From assembly GCA_020891255.1 (NCBI GenBank), contig BQFW01000005.1:1798001-1862000 (forward strand): a stretch of DNA of 64,000 nucleotides. The letters run 5' to 3'. The DNA comes from Entomortierella parvispora E1425 (taxonomy: Eukaryota; Fungi; Mortierellomycota). Shown piece after piece: positions 28,066-37,200 of the stretch. The position numbers and the translations under genes were made by a program. The notes beneath the pieces are model-generated. The model ran no database searches. It was not told the origin of the DNA and saw nothing but the letters and a program-made list of their open reading frames with translations. The first letter of the stretch is position 1; every line of letters starts with the position of its first letter.

Positions 28066-28408
28066 GAGGCCGCCTTCTTCTGATCTTCATTTACTGTCAC
28101 CAATGTTCATATCCATTTATATTATTCCTGTCCTCCTACCCTTGTATCAACTAATAAACAACGGTGCATTCCAACGCCAAGCTATCAAAGATCATTTTCG
28201 ATGGAGCCATGCAGGCCGAGAATGACGCGTCCCAAACGCGCTCATTCTCGCTGTGACGTACAAAAGTCGAATATGGTCACGCTCCCCCTTCCTTGGCGCT
28301 TTCTTCCCGTTCTTTTCTTTCTTCCCATTCTTTTCTTTCTTCCCAGTCTTCTATCCTTTCTCTCACTTCTCTCTTTACTCATCGTCCCTCATTCGCATAC
28401 ACACCTCA

Positions 28409-29132
28409 ATGTCTTGTAAGTTGCTCTCTCTTCACCTTTGAATGTCATGCATGTTGGGACGCCATTGACAGGTTGTCCTCTTTACTGACCCTCTCTTTTC
28501 CTTGTTCGTTTGCCCATGCAATTGCATTCGCTTCCCCTCCATTGTAGCCCACTCTCACAACCACGCTCACGGACATGGAGGACATGGACACGCCCATCCC
28601 ACTAACTCGACTTCTCATGAGACTGTCGCCAATGCTCTCTCGGCCTCTGTACTCCCCGTCGGCACCACTAACCCCGGCGACAGCGTTGCGCACTCTTTAG
28701 CCACTGCTCCTGGATCTGCTCCCTCTATTATCCCTTCGACAGCGCTCGCCAGCGCCAATGGAGTGAACAAGGTCATTGTTGTCTTCAAGGCTCAGACCCC
28801 TTTGTCAGAGATCGAGGGTGCCATCAAGGATGTTGAATCGAAGGGTAAGTCCACCCAGATCATACTGGACTCGATCGTTCTTCTTGTTTCCCTTCCCTCG
28901 CTCATATCTCTCTTTCTAACAAACGAGGACGATCCTGCAAAACCCCCCTTTTTTACGCTTTTCTCTCTTAGGTGGCAAGGTTACTCAGAAGTACACTTCC
29001 GCCTTGTTGGGCTTTGTATGCGAGATCCCAGATAACGCCGTCCAGACTTTGACTGTCCACCCTCGTGTGGATTACGTGGAGCCCGATGGTGAGGTCAGCA
29101 TCTACACCAAAAACATCTTGGCTGGCAAGTGA
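28409..29132 (+). CDS. Stand-alone peptidase inhibitor I9 family protein with His-rich N-terminal extension (3 exons)
   Basis: Exons 28409-28415, 28548-28844 and 28972-29132 give ..KVIVVFKAQTPLSEIEGAIKDVESKGGKVTQKYTSALLGFVCEIP..HPRVDYVEPDGEVSI, an I9/subtilisin-propeptide pattern. Confidence 0.82.
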
Positions 29133-29568
29133 CGGCCATCCTCTGCACCCATAGCGCCAAGTCTTCCTGCTCGATCGAAAATATGACACAAAAAAATCAA
29201 GAGAACAAAAAAGAAAAAAAAAAATAGACGAGAAGAGACCCGGATACAACAACGATAAGATACACCTGGGAAACCAGCTGGGCGAGGCAAAGGTCAAGGA
29301 GATCGTACGGCGTTTCTTTAAAAAGTATTTAAAATAAAATAAATACCTGGCCACCTACCGCCTTGTCGGAGGTGAGCGTCTATTGGTTGTTTACCAGGAT
29401 CCAACTCCAGGGAATTTTTATTTTACCATCTTCGTGGATGTACGATTTTTGTGGATGTTGGGTTCGAGCTTGGGCGCAAAGAAAGGAGACCTTTTCTCGG
29501 GTACTGTACCCATCCCAGCTTTTCTCATTTGCTTTGCACGACCAACGGCGTGGCCTATTGCATTCCTT

Positions 29569-30738
29569 CTAAGGACCTCCGTTGTGGACCAGCTTGTTGG
29601 GGGCGCCTTGAAGATTCCCAATGATCTTGTTGTTGGTGGCCGTGATCGTCAACTTGTCAAAGACCGCTTGCGCCGTGAGAAGAGTGTTGAAGGACAGATA
29701 AAGCGCAGCCACGCCTGCCGCATGAGGGGAAGCCATGGAGGTACCCGTGAGAATGTTTGAGGCCGAGACAGATCCAATCCAGGTGGACGTGATTTCCACA
29801 CCTGGCGCAAAAATCTCGACGCAGGGCCCCAATGCAGTGACGGAGGCGACGTGGTCTGCCTTGTCTGTGGCAGCGACCTTGTAGGTGTTGGGGGAACCTG
29901 AGGGAGAGGTGGAGCATGCCCCCTGGGAGGACCCACCGGCGGCGACGATCAGCGGAATGTTGGCAGCGTACAGGTGATCCGCCGCATTGTCAATCGCCTG
30001 GGATTTCCCCCCACCGAGGGACATGTTCACAACCGCCTTCCCAACGGTCGCATGTTGAATGACCCAGTCCAGACCGGCCAGGATACCTGAGGTGGTTCCA
30101 GCGCCGTTGGCATCTAGGACCTTGACGCCAACAATTTGGACCTTCTTCGCGACTCCGTATTTGGTGCCTCCAATCGTACCAGCCACATGAGTACCGTGGC
30201 CATTCTCGTCCGTGTTGGCGGACCCTGTGACAAAATTGGCGCCGAGGGAAGCGCGACCCCCAAAGTCCGTGTGGGCGGCGGCATAGACACCGGTGTCCAG
30301 GACAAAGGCGGTGACACCTAATCCTGCAGCATCATTGTAAAGGTACGGCTGAGTCCAGTCCAAGTTTGCCTGGGAAAATACGGGTCAGACCCCAAGAGGG
30401 TGGAGACGGCTGAGAACCCAGCGCAGTGAATGTAGCATCTTGCTCGACATAGTGCACCCCAGGGGACGCCAAGATTTCCTTCAACGCAGCGGGGCCAAGC
30501 GTTGCGGCAAACCCAGGGATCTTGCTGTACTTGCGGTGTATGATGGAAGGACGACCGTGGCCATTCTGCTGACGGGTAATGCCATTGAAACGAGTTTGGA
30601 AGGTATCAGCTGAGTGGCCTTTCTTGAGAATGACAACATAAGAGTCAGCAATGGATTCTCCACTGCTGTTGTTGATAAGGGTGGCTGCCTGGACCAAAAC
30701 TACGACAGTAGCAAGGAAAAGAGTTTATAATACTTCAT
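29569..30738 (-). pseudogene. Proteinase K-like subtilisin (S8A) with signal peptide and I9 prodomain; two frameshifts
   Basis: Catalytic motifs VLDTG, NGHGTHVAG and GTSMASPH are present. Frame breaks occur in T-runs at about 30717-30720 (signal peptide) and about 30375-30378 (WGLTRI|SQANL). The oxyanion AAGN is AAGG. Confidence 0.8.
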
Positions 30739-31700
30739 CTTTTTTATCCCCTGAAAGCAGTTTGCTAGTGTTGCGTTGCAATATTGGAGAGTGTTTGTTG
30801 AGGGAAGGGGCATCAGGAAAGAGAAAAAAGAATAAACGGCGATATTCTTGAGCCTCTTATCAACGAGTCTTGTGCGCCACACCAAAGTGCACGGGTAAGG
30901 ATTCAGTACCAGTGGATGGCCTCTCTTGCCTCTTTACAGGATTGGAAACAAGACAACTTGTAAACACTTGATCGAGGCACTTTTGTGCAGGCCTTTCCTC
31001 CGTGCCATCAAATCTTGCATGAGAATGGTGGTAAAAAGAGAAGAACGGCGACGTGAATAAAATTGTAGCGAGTTCTTAAATTGGTCCGAAGAATGAGGAC
31101 GTTTGTCGCATGCCTTTACTCCATGAAATGCATATCAAAAGTCCCTGGCATGAGCCCATGTGTGTGTGTTTGCGCGTTACCAGGGAAAAAGAAGAAAGGC
31201 CCTCCTCAACCTTGTTTCTCTGTGGGCGGCGTGTTTTTTCATCGGTGATGTTGAGCAACCGTTGTCCATCACAATCGCCCCCCCCCTGACTGCCCCTGAC
31301 CGCCCAGAGCAGCCAACCACTTTTGCCGGAACGTTGGAACGTTCGTGTGCTCTTGTCCCTGCCCTCTCTCCTCTTGTCGTCATTCCCACGACAGGCTCGT
31401 TAGCCCTTGAATTTTTTTTTTTTTTTTTTTTTTTTTTGAATCGTTCTCGGGCTGTGAGATGTTTCCGCAGTGGGAACACGTTCATTCTTTGTTGGCCATG
31501 GCTCGGCAATGCAGGACGGCTGTTGTGATTCAGACACAGACAGTGTGGAGTGTATTCGCCCATGAACGCGTCTTTTTTCTTTTGCTTCCATGCATTCTGG
31601 AGGCCACCCCTAGGTCACCAAGGATAGCAGCAACTACATGATCAAGCATCCTTTTGAATTGTAGAATTTGCCCTGGGTTGACCACGAAATTCACACGTTT

Positions 31701-33473
31701 TTAAGTGTTGGCGAGACTGCAACACGCATGCACTTTACTCAACTCATACCTCCAGGGTTGATCTTCAAATGAAAGAACAGAGGCAACATGGTAGTGGCTT
31801 AGCACAAGATGCTGTGTGGCGCCACTGTGGGGTGGATCTTGTGACTGCCAACTAGTTGTGTTTCCCTCCGGGGTCACTGTGGCCGTTGGGCTGGCCGATG
31901 AAGGGAAAGTAGTGGTCGTAGTTGGTTGGGGAGTTGTTTCTGTCTCTACTTGTGTCGCGTACACCTCGCTGGTATCAGCTGTGGTGATGTCTTCACTCAT
32001 CGTAGGGGATGGCGTGTAGAGAGAGCCAGAGGTTTTGAAGGTTGATAGAAATGGAAGTGTTGTTGCCGTAAAGGTCAAGAAAGGGGCGGTTGTAGTGGAA
32101 ATAATTGAGAAGGGGATCGTAGTAGTAGCTGTTTCTTGATGAATGTATGGAGTTTCTGAAGACTGAGACTCGGACATAGACTCTGGGTAAGAGGGAACAG
32201 CGGTGGTTGTTGTTGAGAAAGCTGAGATGGCGGTACTGACTAGATCACTCGTGGTCGAAGAGATTGTGGAGGCGGACAAGGATGTAGTGACTGTAGTAAC
32301 GGAGGAGTTCTGAGTAGTGGTCTTCAAAGTTGCTGAAGGTGATAGAGATGAATTTGAGGGCGAGTCTGGCAACGGCGAGGGTAAGGGAGAACTTGAGGAC
32401 AGCGACGTTCCAACGGAAAACGACTCGAAGTATCTCCTTACTTCTGAAAACCAGCTGATAGGAAAAAGCGATTGTAACCAGAAGAAAAAGGATGACGAGA
32501 ACAACCAAAACCAGTGGATCAACCACGAGGGAGAGAAGGTCAGGCCAAGTTGGAGTAGAAAGAGTGCTAGGAAGGTACCGATGAATGTAAGGGAGGATCG
32601 AAAGTGAGAGGGTGATGATCCAAAGAGCTTTCTTGTATGCAATCGACGCGACACTTGCCAAGATATGAACGAGAGGAATAGAAAGTCGAGCGAGGCGGAG
32701 TACCAACGCAAGGACGGCAGTGAAGAGTCGCCAAGTGGTTCGGATGAGTTGGCCGGTCTTTTGGACAATGAACAATAGGTTGTCGAAGGTGCTTCGTAGA
32801 AGAAGATAGACGAGAGGAAACACGACAAAGATTGGGTGTAGTCGATATAAGAAAAGAAATACAGGGCGTAGAGACTGAGGAACAGGATACATAGGGCAAT
32901 TGCACTCAGGACTACGGTCTTAGCGATGCCACGAACTTGTCGATAACCGTTCACCAGTAGAACAGAGAAAGTCCTAGGACGCGCCCGTTGTAGTTCAGTG
33001 ACCAGATATGAATAACCGTAAAAGAGGAATATCTGGAAGTTCCAGACAAGAGAAATGAAGAGGAAAAAGTGGTACGAAATGGATTGCAGGAAATTGTTGA
33101 ACTTCTGTTTGGTGACACGCCAAAATCGGTAATCTGATGTAGCGTACGAAAGGGCGTATGAGACGAAAGAGGGGACGTGTTGGACGTGGTAAAGAATAAG
33201 GTAGATACGTCTGATCAAAGGTGAAAGGACTCTAACGAGGCGATCGAAAATGATGGTAGCAGAATAGTAGAGACTGAGAGTTATAAGGAGGGCGAGAGAA
33301 AAAAGAAGGACAATGATGAGAAGAGTGCTCATAAGGTACTCCAGATAGGGCAGCTTTTCTCGGATTTTGAAGTTGTACTGAAGCCAGTCAGTGAGGTAGA
33401 AGGTGGTGTCGTTGATGAGTCTTTGAATGAAAGGGATGGCAACGAGGAAACTGCAGAGGATGATAAAACTCAA
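31701..33473 (-). CDS. 3' LTR copy of the membrane/mucin-like leader ORF, reading out into flanking host DNA
   Basis: First 554 aa identical to the polyprotein N-terminus; the last 36 codons come from the junction and sequence outside the LTR (31701-31809). Expression unknown. Confidence 0.5.
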   Translation of the reverse strand: MSFIILCSFLVAIPFIQRLINDTTFYLTDWLQYNFKIREKLPYLEYLMSTLLIIVLLFSLALLITLSLYYSATIIFDRLVRVLSPLIRRIYLILYHVQHVPSFVSYALSYATSDYRFWRVTKQKFNNFLQSISYHFFLFISLVWNFQIFLFYGYSYLVTELQRARPRTFSVLLVNGYRQVRGIAKTVVLSAIALCILFLSLYALYFFSYIDYTQSLSCFLSSIFFYEAPSTTYCSLSKRPANSSEPLGDSSLPSLRWYSASLDFLFLSFISWQVSRRLHTRKLFGSSPSHFRSSLTFIGTFLALFLLQLGLTFSPSWLIHWFWLFSSSFFFWLQSLFPISWFSEVRRYFESFSVGTSLSSSSPLPSPLPDSPSNSSLSPSATLKTTTQNSSVTTVTTSLSASTISSTTSDLVSTAISAFSTTTTAVPSYPESMSESQSSETPYIHQETATTTIPFSIISTTTAPFLTFTATTLPFLSTFKTSGSLYTPSPTMSEDITTADTSEVYATQVETETTPQPTTTTTFPSSASPTATVTPEGNTTSWQSQDPPHSGATQHLVLSHYHVASVLSFEDQPWRYELSKVHACCSLANT

Positions 33474-34104
33474 ACCAATGGTTGCCTCAGGAATTGCGTA
33501 TGGTCCGAGTAAGAAGAAGTAGATAGAGGAAACGGCGAGAGCGACAGCAAAGGTGATGAACGCCCACCTAAATCCCAGGCTATCGAAAGCTCTCTCTTGC
33601 TCCTCGGTGTAAGGACGGGGTAGAGTTGGTGGAATGATGAAAGTTGGTCTGTAGACGAAGAAGTGAAGAAAACAGAGTACGATCGCTTGACAGTGTAAAA
33701 GTAACTGTACTTTGTTGTGGATGTACTCGTGCGTGGTTTTGTGAAGATGAACGGGAAGGGGTGGAGTTCTTGACTTAAAATTTGTAGTACGAAGGTGCTC
33801 GATTTTCTTTATTTTTCTTGTGCTTTTCTTTATATGTGCCTACGAGGTGTGTGTTGATCATTGAAGTGGGGCCTCTAGGCGGCAGTTGTTCCTTGTTTCT
33901 GTCTTTGTTCCATTGTTTCCCTTGTTCTTTGTTTCCAGCTGCTATTCTTGACGCGAGTCCCTTTCCATTTGCTTCAGCCTGTGGGGCGAGTCGATTGCAA
34001 CCTAAATTTGGACACGGCCCGCGTGTGGCAAATCTGGCTTGATCTGTGCTCTGAGTCGGCCGTTGCAGTAGATCAGTGGCACTCACTTCTGTGACGTTGC
34101 GGCT
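31810..34104 (-). repeat. 3' LTR (2295 bp)
   Basis: Copy of 39944-42238; preceded by the PPT plus TGCCC; all ORF-track translations in the two copies are identical. Confidence 0.93.
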
Positions 34105-34109
34105 GGGCA

Positions 34110-34122
34110 TCTTCCCTCCTCT
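34110..34122 (-). other. Polypurine tract
   Basis: AGAGGAGGGAAGA on the minus strand, 5 nt before the 3' LTR repeat boundary. Confidence 0.8.
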
Positions 34123-34184
34123 AGGCCATGTCCTCATGGTCCTAATCTCGTTCGTATGTGCTTTCATGGTCATTATCGTTGCTA

Positions 34185-34246
34185 TTGTCGTTGTTGTCGT
34201 TGTTGTCGTTGTTGTCGTTATTGTCGTTATTGTCGTTATTGTCGTT
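34185..34246. repeat. 9-bp tandem repeat (TTGTCGTTR), about 7 copies, directly after the pol stop codon
   Basis: Read directly: three TTGTCGTTG, three TTGTCGTTA and a partial unit. Confidence 0.9.
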
Positions 34247-37200
34247 TAAATCCTGCTCCGGTTTAGTCCAGACTTGGTCTTCAATCCATGATATCTAAGA
34301 TGACCTCCATCGAAGTGACCTGGACAAAGCTGATCGTCTTTGGAAAGGATAAACTTGCCATGGTCAAGGACCTTCACGATCTTGAACGGTCCGGAATACA
34401 TTTCCTGTGCTGACGAGTGCAAGGTCGCCTTCTTTCCTTTGTTGAAAAGATCAACAAGATCGTCTTCTTGGAACGGGTACTGGCGAGTTTTCTTGCGATT
34501 CATTGAAGTGGCGATCATCGTCCTTCGGTGTGCGTTGACGACGGAGTAGGCGTTTTGACGAACTTTTTCGAAGGTGTTGTACAAGTAAACTGCTCGCTCC
34601 AACGCTTGTTCTTCGATCTCTTCATCCTTAAGTCCTGATTGATCCCAATATTCTTCAAGGAGTCTAAGGTCTCCGGGCATGCGCGGTTGGCGTCCTGTCT
34701 CCAAGTACATCGGTGAGAATCCAGAGAGTCTGTTGGGTAGGGTCCTTAGTACATAGAGGGTGGCATTGAGGAAATGAGGCCAATCCCTTGGGCTCTTGCT
34801 TGCCAGTCGGTTCATGACATTGCGGATTGTTTGGTTGCGGCGTTCAACAATCCCAGATCCTCTTGACACATGGGCTGTCGAAAACTCGAGTTTGATGTTG
34901 TAGTGGGTCAACAAAACGTCGATCGTTTGATTCTTGAATTCTTGTCCTTGATCACAATGAATGGTGATCGGGCAGGAAAAGCGGCAGATCCAATTGAAGA
35001 TGAAGAGCGCAACTTCATCCACTGAGGGTTGCTTGACTGCTTGAGCTTCGACCCAACCGGTAGTCTCGTTTACTCCAACCAGGATCCACTTGTGACCTTC
35101 TTCCGATGGTCCCATGTGCATGTGGTCGAGGAACAGCCTTGCAGTCAAGTCATTCAGCAGGACTAACTCTTGAGCCTTGCGCTTGGGGGGTTCGTTTCCA
35201 TGCTTTTGACATACTGGACAGCTCTTGACCCAATAGGCAACCGTGCCGTAGTATCCAGGCCAGTAGTACTTCTCTCGGATCTTGTTAAACGTGGATGCGA
35301 TACCCGTATGTCCTCCAAGTTCGCTATCATGATATTCCTTTAGGATCCCAGGAACTTCACTTGGGCGAAGGAAGCGTCGAGGATGATCGCTTTCAGAGTC
35401 GGCCCTTTTGTACAAGTCTCCTCCTAGCGCAACGTACTTTCGGTGCCAACTCATGACTTGGTCGGTGGTTACTTTGTTGCTCTGGATAGCCCCTGAAGCT
35501 CCCGGCTGAAGGCATTTCCAAATTGTTGTGTACTTGTTGATGGTGAACGGCAAGAGATCTTCCAGCCCGGTGTTTGGTTGAAGACGGATCATGTCTATCG
35601 GTGCCGACTGGGTCTCTTCCTGATGACCGGGGTAATGTGACAACTCGTGTGCCACCACGTTCTCCTTTCCTTTCATGTAGTGGATTTCGAAAGAGAACTC
35701 GGAGAGTCGCATCATCCAACGAAAGATCTTAGGAGTTGGGTTGGCGAGCTCAGTAAAACCTCGTAGAGCTTGATGGTCGGTTCGAACGGTGAAGTGCTTT
35801 TGAAGCAGGTACGGGCGACAGTATTCGATTGCTTTCACCAAAGCTAGTAACTCTCGTTCGTAAGTGGAGTATCGAACTTCAGGTCCTTTAAGAGCGTAAG
35901 ACCAGAACAGGACTGGGTGAAGATAACCGTCGTGGAGTTGTTGTAATATAGCTCCAAGTGCTTCTTCAGATGCGTCAACGTCCAAGATGTAGTCCTTGTC
36001 TGGGTCTGGATGTATGAGGATTGGTGCGTGGGTAAGAAGTCGTTGTAGCTTTCGTTTTGCCTTCTGGGCCCTTTTTGTCCACTCGAAGGCCTTTTTAGTG
36101 GAGAAGGTCAGGGTGATTGGGCGACTGATCTTTCCAAAGTCCTTGATAAATCGACGGAAGTACTGGGACAGGGCGAAAAATCCTTTCGCTTGTGTCCGAT
36201 TTCTTGGGGTTGGCCATTGTTTGATCTTCTCGATTATTTTTGGATTTGTTTGGATGCCGCCCACACCGACTTGGTGGCCCAGCAACGCAATTGTTTGATA
36301 TCCAAAATGGGTCTTCTTCCTGTTGATCGAGAGGCGGTATTTTCGGATCAAGTCGAGAATCTTACGCAAATGGACCAGGTGGTCCTCGAATTCTTCGGAG
36401 GCGCAAATAGAATCGTCCATATAGATCTGCACAATCTCCGGGATGAGGGGCTCAAAAATGTGGTCCATGACCCTTTGATACCACGCTGGTGAGTTCGTAT
36501 ATCCGAACGGCAGACGAAGGCTCTCAAAAAGTCCATACTCACACACGAAGGCTGACAGTGATGGATTGGCTAATTTAGCGGCCCAGAATCCCTTGTAGAA
36601 GTCAAAAGCCGAGAAGAACCGTTTCTTTCTGAATCTAGACAAGATCGTCTGGATCGAGGGCATGGGGTAGGCGTCCTTGATCACCCTCTTGTTGAGTTCT
36701 TTGTAGTCAATACAGAGACGGAAAAGTCCCTCGTCAAAAATAGACTCCGCAGATGGACTTGGGCCGAACGGGAGGCTGGAAACAAATGGCGAGTCGTCTG
36801 TTTCTTCTTCAATGGGGGCTGGTAAATGGATTTCGACATCCGGGCCTTTTGTTTCGGGCACGGGCAATTTTCTGTTTTGGACCAAAACAATTGGCGATGC
36901 CCACGGACTCTTCGATCGGCGAATGAGCCCATTCTCCATTAGTCGATTCAAATATTCTTTTAGCCATGCGCTGGCTTCTGGAGATAGCTTCCTCGGGGGC
37001 TGTTTGACGGGGCGAGCTCCTGGCATGAGTTGAATTTCGATCGGCTCAATCTTCATGACCCTGATCTGGTCCAGGCGGTCGATGAAGCAGTCGTCATATT
37101 CTTGGAGCAAGCTTTCCAGCCTCTTCTTCTGATCTTCTGGAAGATCCGGGTTGATGTCATACCGACTTGTTGGTTTTGTTGGTTCAAAAGGAACTGCGAC

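Noticed and set aside
34105-34400. Chromodomain or 3' env gene after integrase
   Set aside because: Integrase ends shortly after the GPF motif and only about 140 bp separate the stop from the 3' LTR.
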